Part shown: piece by piece, positions 1-7,886 of the stretch
Layout of the letters: each line of letters begins with the position of its first letter
Numbering within the stretch: position 1 is the first letter of the stretch
Assembly: GCA_022561095.1 (NCBI GenBank)
Contig: JADFRV010000003.1
Location: 1-35,924 of the forward strand
DNA: 35,924 nt
DNA from: Chloroflexota bacterium
GTDB lineage: Bacteria; Chloroflexota; Dehalococcoidia; SM23-28-2; RBG-16-64-32
Direction of reading: 5' to 3'
The notes under the pieces: generated by a model
What the model was told of the DNA's origin: nothing
Seen by the model: only the letters and a program-made list of their open reading frames with translations
The model's database searches: none
Made by a program: the position numbers and the translations under genes

Positions 1-93
1 GAGGTTCGTGACGCGGTCGCGAAACGTGTCAGGCAGATCTTCGACCGCGGAGGTTACCAGCCCTTCAAACGTTTCCCGATCGACCTCATACAT
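1..93 (-). CDS. Zincin-like minimal metallopeptidase family protein, N-terminus only (runs off the window's left edge)
   Basis: Not in the ORF track. Manual translation from ATG at 93: MYEVDRETFEGLVTSAVEDLPDTFRDRVTNL..., matching the typical FExLVxxAxxxLPxxF start of Zincin_1/DUF1025 proteins. Confidence 0.65.
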   Translation of the reverse strand, partial: MYEVDRETFEGLVTSAVEDLPDTFRDRVTNL

Positions 94-132
94 GTCCCCC
101 TGGATTATAGGGGAATAAGCGACGGCGCAGGG

Positions 133-170
133 CCCCGCCGCCGTGATTGCGCCCGGCGGGTGGCTGTCAA
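133..170 (-). repeat. Degenerate copy of the ~40-bp promoter-like module repeat
   Basis: Minus strand TTGACA-GCCACCCGCCGGGCG-CAAT-CACGGCGGCGGGG, 4 nt shorter than the consensus. Confidence 0.55.
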
Positions 171-332
171 CGGGGCCAAGGGCGGACGGGCAGGACCTCG
201 CGGGACCAGGTGCGGTCTCGCCCCGCTGGGCGTTGAGGACCGCGAGCGCGAAACCAATCGGAGGTCTGACGCAACGATGCTCAATTTTGGTGCATCTAAT
301 ATTGGTGAAGTCCGTGGGCGGACTCTAGCATC

Positions 333-2396
333 ATGCCTGACACTAATGTTCACGACGTTACTGGAGAAGGCCCCGTGGCCGAAACGCCCGCCCCCGCGCC
401 TGCAGAGGCGAGGCACCACCTCAAGGAAATTCGGTCGCTCAGGTTCCGGGTCCGGATAGCGGTCTACCCGGCTATCCTCATACTACTGGCCATCGACTAC
501 TTCGTCCTCGGCTTTACCCCACTCCAAACGTTTGTTACCGCCATCGCTGGCTTGTCTATCGCTATCCTATCTACGGAGACGGCTTTCGCCCGTGGATTCC
601 AGCTTCACAAGCGAACCCGCTATCCACGCGCTGTTATGGAGGAGCTGGGCACCATTAACGGGGTCTCTGAAGCTGGCGACCGCACCCTGGAGGTCGTCCG
701 TCAACTTCTCGATGTCCAAGCCTCCTTTATCATCATCCCTGGCGGCGACGACTGGATACTATCGATATCCGGAATGAGCCGGGACTCCGCAGGCCAACTC
801 ATCGAGGCGGGGATGCAGGCGATCGGAGAGGCGACTCGAACGCGGATGCCCGTGCAATTCAACCCGGCCAGCGGTAGGCGGTCGGAGACCGAGATCAGCC
901 GTCAGACACGCTTGGTGTTTATCCCCATGGTAGCCCTTCAGGAGCCGATTGGAGTTCTTGCCGTGGCGGGCGACAAGGGGAACAGAGACCTCAATGACAA
1001 CCAGCTCTTGAGCAGTATAGGCGTCGCCGTCGGCTTTTCCTTAGAGAACCTTCGCCAGAAGGAACTTATCCGGCATCTGGCCTATCACGATGGCCTGACC
1101 AACCTGCCAAATCGGATGTTGTTTGAAGACCGTCTCAGCGTAGCTCTGGCCCAAGCACGCCGCAGGAAGCAGATGGTTGCGGTGATGTTCGTGGATATGG
1201 ACCGGTTCAAGGTCGTCAACGATACAGTCGGCCACGCCCTGGGAGATCGGCTGCTGAAGGACATTGCCGAGCGGCTGAGTGGCCTCGTGCGCGATGGAGA
1301 CACCGTCGCCCGCATGGGGGGTGACGAATTCACTATCCTGCTCGCAGATGGCTCCGGGCTGGTAGAGGCGGCGGAGGTCGCCGAAAGAATCCTCGATGCC
1401 TGTCGGCGACCATGGCCTCTAGATGCCCGTGAGTTCCGCGTCACCGCCAGCATCGGGATCGCCATGTACCCCAACGATGCGGAAGACGTGGAAAGCCTGA
1501 TCCGGAACGCCGACGCCGCTATGTACCGTGCCAAGAACCAGGGTGGGGACGCATACCATTTCTACACGCCGGCCATGAATGCCACCATTGGGCGGCGGGT
1601 GGTCCTGGAGAGCGATCTGCGTCGAGCGCTGGATCGGAGAGAATTCGTGGTCCACTACCAGCCTCAGGTGAACATAGACACCGGGCAGGTCGTGGGCATG
1701 GAAGCTCTCGTGCGCTGGCAACACCCCGAACGAGGGGTGGTCCTTCCAGCAGACTTTATCGGCGTGGCCGAAGAGACCGGATTGATCGTGCAGCTTGGCG
1801 AGTGGGTGCTACGGTCCGCCTGCTCGCAGCTCAAGGCATGGCAGCAGTTAGGCCTTCCCCCAGTACGGGTGGCGGTGAACCTTTCTGCGCGACAGTTCCA
1901 ACTTCGGGATCTGAAGAACATCGTGGCTCTGGCTCTGGAAGAGACGGGCCTTGACCCTCACTGCCTTCATCTGGAGATCACCGAAAGCGTGGCGATGCAG
2001 GACGCTGAGTATACGATCTCGTTGCTGCGTGAGCTGAGGGAGATGGGGGTTCAGATAGCAATCGACGATTTCGGCACCGGTCATTCTTCTCTCAGCTACC
2101 TCACACGATTCCCTATCGATGTGTTGAAGATCGACCGGTCCTTTGTGACTGATCTCACCACTGACCCGAACGACGCCGCGATCGCCTCCACCATTATCGC
2201 CATGGCGCACAACCTCAAACTGAAGGTGATCGCGGAAGGTGTGGAGACCAAAGAACAGCTCGCTATCCTCTGGCAGCACCAGTGTGACGAGATGCAGGGG
2301 TACCTGTTCAGCAAGCCGGTACCCGCAGAGGAGGCCGAGACGATATTGAGGCGCCACCAGCGTCGGCCACTTCCCCGAGTTCGAGCAGGGCAATAG
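333..2396 (+). CDS. Membrane-anchored GAF-GGDEF-EAL diguanylate cyclase/phosphodiesterase
   Basis: Two N-terminal hydrophobic helices and a GAF-like segment. Motifs: HDGLTNLPNR, RxxD I-site (RDGD), RMGGDEF, EALVRWQHP, DDFGTG, KIDRSF, AEGVE. Confidence 0.95.
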   Translation: MPDTNVHDVTGEGPVAETPAPAPAEARHHLKEIRSLRFRVRIAVYPAILILLAIDYFVLGFTPLQTFVTAIAGLSIAILSTETAFARGFQLHKRTRYPRAVMEELGTINGVSEAGDRTLEVVRQLLDVQASFIIIPGGDDWILSISGMSRDSAGQLIEAGMQAIGEATRTRMPVQFNPASGRRSETEISRQTRLVFIPMVALQEPIGVLAVAGDKGNRDLNDNQLLSSIGVAVGFSLENLRQKELIRHLAYHDGLTNLPNRMLFEDRLSVALAQARRRKQMVAVMFVDMDRFKVVNDTVGHALGDRLLKDIAERLSGLVRDGDTVARMGGDEFTILLADGSGLVEAAEVAERILDACRRPWPLDAREFRVTASIGIAMYPNDAEDVESLIRNADAAMYRAKNQGGDAYHFYTPAMNATIGRRVVLESDLRRALDRREFVVHYQPQVNIDTGQVVGMEALVRWQHPERGVVLPADFIGVAEETGLIVQLGEWVLRSACSQLKAWQQLGLPPVRVAVNLSARQFQLRDLKNIVALALEETGLDPHCLHLEITESVAMQDAEYTISLLRELREMGVQIAIDDFGTGHSSLSYLTRFPIDVLKIDRSFVTDLTTDPNDAAIASTIIAMAHNLKLKVIAEGVETKEQLAILWQHQCDEMQGYLFSKPVPAEEAETILRRHQRRPLPRVRAGQ

Positions 2397-2518
2397 CCCG
2401 GGCCGACTGTACGCCGACGCAACGCCTAAGGTTCGGCCTCAGCCGCTTGGCGACGAGGTACTGAACCTGTTCTATAGCCCGCTCTCTGTCTGTCATCACC
2501 CTCGCTGATTCGCCCCGC

Positions 2519-2541
2519 TCGCCGCCGCGATTGTGCGCCCC
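2519..2541 (-). repeat. Partial copy of the module repeat
   Basis: Minus strand GGGGCG-CACAAT-CGCGGCGGCGA; the TTGACA end is missing. Confidence 0.55.
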
Positions 2542-2672
2542 AGCCTGGACCGCTGGGTGGGTGGTGTCGGACACCGTCCCTCCGGCAGGGCCCTTGACGT
2601 CGTCCTGCTGAGGTCTCAGGATTGTCCGCAGAAAGATCGGTAGGGGTCAAGGAAAGGAAGAAGGTAAGAAAC

Positions 2673-2744
2673 ATGGAAGAGAAGAAGGAAGGTAAGAAGA
2701 AGGGTAAGAAGACAAGCAGGAAAGGTGGAAAGAAAGACCGTTAG
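2673..2744 (+). CDS. Putative 23-aa lysine-rich basic peptide
   Basis: MEEKKEGKKKGKKTSRKGGKKDR*. Purine-rich SD-like leader; possible promoter TTGACG-N17-CAGGAT at 2594-2622. Confidence 0.4.
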   Translation: MEEKKEGKKKGKKTSRKGGKKDR

Positions 2745-2800
2745 TGTCTACGTTCGCTTGGGCCCGTCTGCCTAGAGCCAAAGGGACGAGGACGATCGTC

Positions 2801-2840
2801 CGCCCGCCGCGAATGTGCGCCTGGGCTGGGGGGGTGTCAA
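2801..2840 (-). repeat. Module repeat copy
   Basis: Minus strand TTGACA-CCCCCCCAGCCCAGGCG-CACATT-CGCGGCGGGCG, starting a few bp after the cyclase stop codon. Confidence 0.75.
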
Positions 2841-2845
2841 CTGGC

Positions 2846-3255
2846 CTAGCCCGGTTCCCGCCACCTCAGCTCGTACAGCCGGACAGGGTCCTCGAAGCCA
2901 CGCGGCTCGGTCTCGCCCAGGTCCGCGAACATGAACTGCTTCCCTGCCGCCAGCTCCCTGACGACGATGGGGGCGAGAATCTGACCCGCCTCAGCCTGTG
3001 CGCATATCCGCGCCGCCAGGTTCACTGCCGTCCCGAACAGGTCGCTGCGCCCGTCTGGGTCCTCCTCCGCTATCGGCTCCCCAGCGTTCATCCCTACTCT
3101 GACCTTGATGGGCTCCTCAGCCGACTCGTTGTGCTCCGCGAACGCCCGCTGCATGGCGATGGCGCACTCCAGCGCCTTCGTCGCGGAGGAGAATGAGGCC
3201 ATGAACCCGTCGCCCAGCGCCTTCACCTCCGAGCCGCCATGGGCCGTCAGCGCAC
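2846..3255 (-). pseudogene. Class III adenylate/guanylate cyclase domain, C-terminal fragment
   Basis: ALTAHGGSEVKALGDGFMASF...VRVGMNAGE...DLFGTAVNLAARI. Lacks the first metal-binding (LFTD) strand and an RBS; in-frame stop just upstream. Confidence 0.85.
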
Positions 3256-3288
3256 CGTGCTACACTCCGTCCACCACAGCAGGAGGTG
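3256..3288 (+). repeat. 33-bp direct repeat, copy 1 (flanks the SRPBCC insert)
   Basis: CGTGCTACACTCCGTCCACCACAGCAGGAGGTG, 30/33 identical to 3898-3930. Confidence 0.85.
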
Positions 3289-3320
3289 AAGAGCATCAGC
3301 CAACTTGGCTGACGCACTGT

Positions 3321-3791
3321 CTAGGAGGCTTCGGGGCTAGGCATAGGCTCGCCCGTCTCGACATAGTGCTTCAAGCCAGCCAATACCAGGGGTAACAAGT
3401 CTTCACGGTTCTGGCGCTCCACCTCTTGCGGGTCCACGGGGGTATCCGACTTAAGCTCGTACTCGAGCGCCAAAGTGACGATAGTTCCATCCCCGTCCTC
3501 TGAGACTGATATTGACCCCGTAGCAGACGCAAACGGCAACGTGCCTTCGTAAAGCTCGAGTGTGATGGCCTCACCAGGTCTCCACTCTACGACATTCTCT
3601 TTCACGTAACCGCCGTCAGGGAAATCGCAATGCCGAGAGGCTTCCAGCCCGCCCTTTGCCGCTGACGTGTAGTGCGAATCGGCAAGTGCGGGATTCCAAA
3701 CACTTACCGCTCCCAAGTCGGCAATAACGTCCCACACCCTGTCTTTGGACGCGCCGATTCGAGCTTCAACTGCAACTCTTGTCATGTTCAT
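3321..3791 (-). CDS. SRPBCC (polyketide cyclase/START-like) family protein
   Basis: IGASKDRVWDVIADLGAVSVWNP...LAGLKHYVETG signature; GAAGGGA RBS. Confidence 0.85.
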   Translation of the reverse strand: MNMTRVAVEARIGASKDRVWDVIADLGAVSVWNPALADSHYTSAAKGGLEASRHCDFPDGGYVKENVVEWRPGEAITLELYEGTLPFASATGSISVSEDGDGTIVTLALEYELKSDTPVDPQEVERQNREDLLPLVLAGLKHYVETGEPMPSPEAS

Positions 3792-3897
3792 CGTCCCTTC
3801 GTTTGAATAGTCTTGTTTTATTCTACGGACTACTGGTTACTGGATACAACAACCATTCGGATGTACGCTGGTTTCTCCGCTGGCCACTCCGCTGGAA

Positions 3898-3930
3898 CGT
3901 GATACGCTCCGTCCACCACAGCAGGAAGTG
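3898..3930 (+). repeat. 33-bp direct repeat, copy 2
   Basis: CGTGATACGCTCCGTCCACCACAGCAGGAAGTG; a partial third copy CGTGCTACACTCC lies at 3946-3958. Confidence 0.85.
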
Positions 3931-3970
3931 GCAATGAGCTAGCCCCGTGCTACACTCCCGCCATCTCACG

Positions 3971-4075
3971 TCATGGAGGTGGCGGCATGCCGACCATGGG
4001 AATCCCCTTCCCCAGCGTGTAGTAGGCGATGCTCACCCCGTCGCTCGTCTTCGCGTACTGGATGCGCGGCTCCAT
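3971..4075 (-). pseudogene. N-terminal fragment of an alpha/beta-hydrolase-adenylate/guanylate cyclase fusion protein
   Basis: Manual translation MEPRIQYAKTSDGVSIAYYTLGKGIPMVGMPPPP*, the typical start of hydrolase-cyclase fusions. Same strand as the fragment at 2846-3255; TACAAT -10-like box 9 nt upstream of the ATG. Confidence 0.75.
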
Positions 4076-4147
4076 GGCGGGGATATTGTACGCCTCTGGA
4101 CTATCTCTGTCTCGGTGTCACTGTCGGCAGGCGGTGGCTGCGGTAGG

Positions 4148-4183
4148 CCCCGCGATTGTGCGTCTGGGCTGGGCGGGTGTCAA
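4148..4183 (-). repeat. Module repeat copy
   Basis: Minus strand TTGACA-CCCGCCCAGCCCAGACG-CACAAT-CGCGGGG. Confidence 0.8.
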
Positions 4184-4208
4184 CGTGGCGCTAGCTCGTC
4201 TCGCGCCA

Positions 4209-4234
4209 CCCAGGCGCACAATCGCGGCGGCGGG
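4209..4234 (+). repeat. Partial module repeat copy, inverted relative to 4148-4183
   Basis: CCCAGGCG-CACAAT-CGCGGCGGCGGG, identical to part of the 5446 copy. Confidence 0.75.
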
Positions 4235-4383
4235 CCTACGCGACGAACTCGCCGCGATCGGAGAATAGGAAGCCTTTCCGGAGCAGAGGCCACGAACGGT
4301 GCAGCCTAGGTCTTTCAGCCTGAGCCGTCGGGAAGGGGCTGGCGATGTTAGATCGGCGACGACCTTCCAATCGGCAGCTGGTC

Positions 4384-5136
4384 TTACCGTCCGTAGACCA
4401 CCACAAGGTACTTGCTTTCGCTGGTGAACGGCTCGCGGTTCCAGCCGCCCCAACGCTCCTTCAGCCGTAGTCCGGCGATCCGTGCCATGAGATCGAGCTC
4501 GCTAGGCCATGCATAGCGGGTGACCACTGGGTTCACGCGCACGCGATCGCTCGATAGCAACACGTGGCTCTCTTCGAGTAATTGTGTGACCGGGTCGTGA
4601 CGAGCGACATCGAGCCGCACTAGGTCGACTTCGATACGTTCCGCGTCAACGTACTGGTTATCACGCAATCGGTAGAGGAAGTCAGGTCGGAATACTTCGA
4701 TGAGGAACACGCCGTCATCTTCCAAATGAGCCGCGACGTTCTCGAAGCAGCGCACTTGGTCGTCTTGAGTCAGAAGATTAAACAACGAGTTCGCCACAAC
4801 AAAGATCAACCGATAGGTGCCGGAAACGGTAACGTCGGCCATGTCGCCGATCGTAACCGCGATCTGTTCCCCTCCGGGCTTGGCGCGGAGCTGGTCGACC
4901 ATGGCGACCGACAAGTCGATCCCATCGACACGAATACCGCGAGCGGCAAGCGGGACCGCGATCCACCCGGTGCCGATGGCAAGCTCCAACGCAGGACCGC
5001 CACCTGCCAAGTTCTCCAAAAGTGCGACGGCCGCGTCACGGTGGCTACTGCTCGGGGTCTTCGAGAAACCTCGTAAGTCATCGTACACCTCGGCAACCTT
5101 CGGGCCAAAGCTCATGACTGGCTCGTAGTCCTTCAC
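4384..5136 (-). CDS. Class I SAM-dependent methyltransferase
   Basis: ALELAIGTG motif I, GIDLS, GDM; GTG start with AGGAGG RBS. Confidence 0.9.
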   Translation of the reverse strand: MKDYEPVMSFGPKVAEVYDDLRGFSKTPSSSHRDAAVALLENLAGGGPALELAIGTGWIAVPLAARGIRVDGIDLSVAMVDQLRAKPGGEQIAVTIGDMADVTVSGTYRLIFVVANSLFNLLTQDDQVRCFENVAAHLEDDGVFLIEVFRPDFLYRLRDNQYVDAERIEVDLVRLDVARHDPVTQLLEESHVLLSSDRVRVNPVVTRYAWPSELDLMARIAGLRLKERWGGWNREPFTSESKYLVVVYGR

Positions 5137-5151
5137 ACAAGCCTCCTATTG

Positions 5152-5241
5152 CTAGTGATGTAAGAAACTAAGTCGTTCTCCTGCTCGCCGGTTCGGCAGC
5201 AGGCGATCGTGGAGTTCGTGATTCGCGTGTCGAGCCTTCAT
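5152..5241 (-). CDS. Small ORF (29 aa) or gene remnant upstream of the methyltransferase
   Basis: AAAGGAGG-caaca-ATG; MKARHANHELHDRLLPNRRAGERLSFLHH*; no recognisable family. Confidence 0.3.
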   Translation of the reverse strand: MKARHANHELHDRLLPNRRAGERLSFLHH

Positions 5242-5445
5242 TGTTGCCTCCTTTGTTCTGCACCGAGCAGCTAAAAGCGCCGGTAGCCACCACTGAGACC
5301 CGACTCGCGCCGCCCGAGCGGCTCGGCAGCGGTGGGGATCACGTAGGGGGGGGCGCTCGCCTGTTAGGGCAGAGCCATTATAGCCCTTCGGCGATATGGT
5401 GGGCGCACTTCGACTAGGAGTACGGGTCTGCCAGGGACACACCCG

Positions 5446-5487
5446 TTGACACCGGCCCCGCCCAGGCGCACAATCGCGGCGGCGGGG
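5446..5487 (+). repeat. Module repeat copy (best match to the consensus)
   Basis: TTGACA-CCGGCCCCGCCCAGGCG-CACAAT-CGCGGCGGCGGGG, with 17-bp spacing. Confidence 0.8.
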
Positions 5488-5633
5488 GCGTGTCGAGCGG
5501 AGCGGGTTGCCGATGCTGCTCAACCGACTCTTAACTGATCCTTAACCTTTCGCCGTCCGAAGTTCACCCTGGTATATACCCTACGTTGATAAATTGAAGC
5601 TATCGGACGAGACCAAAAGGGGAGGGGTTAATC

Positions 5634-5882
5634 ATGGCAGGGTTTCGCGAGAGTAAGCCTGCCGATGAGGCAGTGCCAGAGCACGCTGAGGAGCCGCGCC
5701 GTCGGGGTCTTGACGAGCTCAGCGGCAAGGGCGGTTCAGAGGAGGAATTCCCGGAGCTGGCGGACGAGCTCAAGGGGATCGGCGATATCGCTGACCTGCT
5801 TCGGGAGGTCGGACGCGAGCGGCGTCGCTTCGGCGAGGACCTGATGCGGCTGTTCGAAGTGAGGTGGCAGAAGGAGGGCTAG
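5634..5882 (+). CDS. Hypothetical acidic protein, 82 aa
   Basis: GGGGAGGGG RBS before ATG; codon style matches the host. Confidence 0.6.
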   Translation: MAGFRESKPADEAVPEHAEEPRRRGLDELSGKGGSEEEFPELADELKGIGDIADLLREVGRERRRFGEDLMRLFEVRWQKEG

Positions 5883-5888
5883 GCTCTG

Positions 5889-5917
5889 TTGACACCCGCC
5901 CCACCCAAACGCACAAA
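5889..5917 (+). repeat. Module repeat copy
   Basis: TTGACA-CCCGCCCCACCCAAACG-CACAAA, 6 bp after the stop of the 82-aa ORF. Confidence 0.7.
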
Positions 5918-6017
5918 AGGAAGAGGCGCTCCCAAGTCCGCGTTGTCGCAAGGGGTGTGGCGATGAGACCCGGTTAGCGCCATTTAGGCGCGGTTTGGCG
6001 CAATCACGGGCCCTTTA

Positions 6018-6188
6018 TTACTTGTTCTTGATGATGATGGGCGGCTCCTGCCGCCACGTGTAACTCGCCCTGTAGTTAGGCGCGCTGGCTGCCTTTCTCG
6101 GCGAGGCAAAATGATAGATGGAGAGCGCCGACTTGGCGCAGTAGACACACAGCCGCTGCACGCCCCGCTTGTATTTGTGGTAGCTCAC
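6018..6188 (-). CDS. Small basic protein with CxxC, 56 aa (possible zinc-binding)
   Basis: Below the ORF-track cutoff. AGGAG RBS, GTG start; MSYHKYKRGVQRLCVYCAKSALSIYHFASPRKAASAPNYRASYTWRQEPPIIIKNK, followed by TAA TAA. Confidence 0.55.
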   Translation of the reverse strand: MSYHKYKRGVQRLCVYCAKSALSIYHFASPRKAASAPNYRASYTWRQEPPIIIKNK

Positions 6189-6348
6189 TTCAGCCTACTC
6201 CTAACCGCCAGTAGCACGTCCAGGTAGATTACTTGCCGCCTCGTGTGTCGGCTCGTCTCGCCTGCCCATATCGCACTTCCTGCTCACCCTGTAAACAACA
6301 GAGAGCCCCGTCTGTTACCGTTCCCTGTGCAGTATTGCTGCGCCGCCA

Positions 6349-6389
6349 TTGACAGTCGCCCGGCCCAGGGGCACTGTCGCGCCGGCGCG
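6349..6389 (+). repeat. Diverged module repeat copy
   Basis: TTGACA-GTCGCCCGGCCCAGGGG-CACTGT-CGCGCCGGCGCG. Confidence 0.55.
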
Positions 6390-6391
6390 AC

Positions 6392-6425
6392 TGACAGCCC
6401 GTTTGACAGCCACGTTGACAGCCAC
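6392..6425 (+). repeat. Triple TGACAGCC(AC) repeat with 12-bp period; putative tyrosine-integrase arm-binding sites
   Basis: Copies at 6392, 6404 and 6416, about 70 bp from the tRNA-Phe fragment; the same motif recurs after tRNA-Leu. Confidence 0.65.
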
Positions 6426-6492
6426 AGGCCGACGTTGGCGGACGCCTACAGACGACAAACAGATAGGGGATGGGGTATCCTCTACCTACGGA

Positions 6493-6543
6493 ACGCGACT
6501 GAAAATCGCGGTGTCGGCAGTTCAAATCTGCCCCCCGGCACCA
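6493..6543 (+). mobile_element. attR-like site: 3' part of tRNA-Phe(GAA)
   Basis: Anticodon arm CGCGA-CTGAAAA-TCGCG, T arm GGCAG-TTCAAAT-CTGCC, acceptor 3' strand CCCCGGC-ACCA. No 5' acceptor strand or D arm upstream. Confidence 0.8.
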
Positions 6544-6576
6544 GTTTGCATCTCCGTTCCGGAAGCGAGGTTGGAT

Positions 6577-7779
6577 GTGGCTGGTGCACTTGAGGGAGTG
6601 AAGGTTGTCGAGCTGGGGCTGTGGGTGGCCGCACCATCGGCGGCGGCGATGCTGTCCGATTGGGGCGCCCAGGTGATCAAGATCGAGCCACCGCAGGGCG
6701 ACCCGTTCCGGGGCCTGTTCGCGTCCTTAATGGGCTCGCCGGTGACCGTGAACCCTCCTTTCGAAACCGACAACCGGGGCAAGCGCAGCGTGGCGTTGAA
6801 CCTGGAGAGAGAGGAGGCGCGCGAGATCGCCTTCCGCCTCATCGAGGGGGCGGACGTGTTCGTGACCAACATGCGGCCGCGCGCCCTGGACCAGTTCGGG
6901 CTGAGCTACGAGGAGCTAAGCCGCCGCTACCCGCGGCTGGTCTACTGCCAGGTGACGGGCTACGGGCCGGACGGGCCGGACCGGAACCGGGCGGCGTACG
7001 ACATAGGGGCGTTCTGGTCGCGGGCCGGTGTCGCGGCCGCCCTCACGCCGGCGGGGGCTGAGATACCGCAGCAGCGAGGCGGCATGGGCGACCATATGGC
7101 CGGCACCGCCGCGGCGGGCGCGGTATGCGCCGCTCTGCTGGCCCGGGAGAAGACCGGCAAGGGGCAAAGAGTGGACGTGTCTCTCCTTCGCATGGGGGTG
7201 TACATGATGGGCTGGGATGTCAGCCTGGCCCTCAGGCTCAAGGTCCCTATCGTGCCGTACGACCGCCAGCACGCCATCAACCCCATCATCACGTGCTACA
7301 AGTCAGGCGACGAGCGTTGGTTCTGGCTTCTCCTTCTCCAGGCGGACCGGCACTGGGGCGACCTGTGCCGGGCGATCGGGCGGGAGGAGCTGATGACGGA
7401 CAGCCGGTTCGAGAACATCGAGCAGCGGCGGGCTAACGGCCCGGCGCTTGTGGCGGAGCTGGACGCGGTGTTCGCTACGAAGAGCATGGCCCAGTGGGGG
7501 GAGATATTCGACCGGCACGACGTGTGGTGGGCGCCGGTCAACTCCATCAACGAGGTGGTGGAGGACCCGATGGCCCAGGCCGCAGGCGCCTTCGCCGAGA
7601 TCCCTGGGCCGGACGGCCCCATCCCGGTGGTGGCCACACCAGCCGATTTCACCGACACGCCCCAGGCGCCGCGAGGCGCCGTGCCGGAGCTGGGGCAGCA
7701 CACGGAGGAGGTGCTGCTGGAGCTGGGTTACAACTGGGATCAGATCGTGGCTCTGAAAGAGCGGGGGGCGATTCCCTGA
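6577..7779 (+). CDS. CaiB/BaiF family (class III) CoA-transferase
   Basis: LEGVKVVELG, GAQVIKIEPP.GDP, NRGKRSV, ADVFVTNMRP, GMGD (catalytic Asp), PELGQHTEEVL. GTG start at 6577 chosen from the family N-terminus. Confidence 0.93.
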   Translation: MAGALEGVKVVELGLWVAAPSAAAMLSDWGAQVIKIEPPQGDPFRGLFASLMGSPVTVNPPFETDNRGKRSVALNLEREEAREIAFRLIEGADVFVTNMRPRALDQFGLSYEELSRRYPRLVYCQVTGYGPDGPDRNRAAYDIGAFWSRAGVAAALTPAGAEIPQQRGGMGDHMAGTAAAGAVCAALLAREKTGKGQRVDVSLLRMGVYMMGWDVSLALRLKVPIVPYDRQHAINPIITCYKSGDERWFWLLLLQADRHWGDLCRAIGREELMTDSRFENIEQRRANGPALVAELDAVFATKSMAQWGEIFDRHDVWWAPVNSINEVVEDPMAQAAGAFAEIPGPDGPIPVVATPADFTDTPQAPRGAVPELGQHTEEVLLELGYNWDQIVALKERGAIP

Positions 7780-7792
7780 GGCGGGAAAAGCA

Positions 7793-7820
7793 AGAAGCGG
7801 GCCGGCACCGGCCCGCTTCT
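7793..7820. terminator. Perfect GC-rich hairpin after the CoA-transferase
   Basis: AGAAGCGGGCCGG-CA-CCGGCCCGCTTCT; the T-run is on the minus-strand side. Confidence 0.65.
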
Positions 7821-7835
7821 CAGCGGAGCTAACGC

Positions 7836-7882
7836 GGCGTCAAAATTGCCTTCTTGACGCCAACGCCCAAAGGAGATACGGT
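7836..7882 (+). promoter_or_regulatory. sigma70-like promoter with an overlapping palindrome
   Basis: TTGACG(7854)-N17-TACGGT(7877). The palindrome GGCGTCAA-N10-TTGACGCC overlaps the -35. Predicted +1 coincides with the 5' end of the hairpin RNA. Confidence 0.55.
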
Positions 7883-7886
7883 GAGC

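Noticed and set aside
3971-3973. TGA as selenocysteine or readthrough
   Set aside because: Another in-frame stop follows within 7 codons and the rest of the domain is absent.
133-6389. Repeats as a CRISPR array or classical attC integron
   Set aside because: Spacing is irregular and gene-sized, orientations are mixed, there are no cas or intI genes, and no attC R-box/hairpin structure.
6470-6543. Intact tRNA-Phe gene
   Set aside because: No 5' acceptor strand (GCCGGGG) or D arm upstream of the anticodon stem.
6349-6576. 76-aa N-terminal extension of the CoA-transferase in the ORF track
   Set aside because: It runs through repeats and the tRNA fragment; family similarity begins at GTG 6577.
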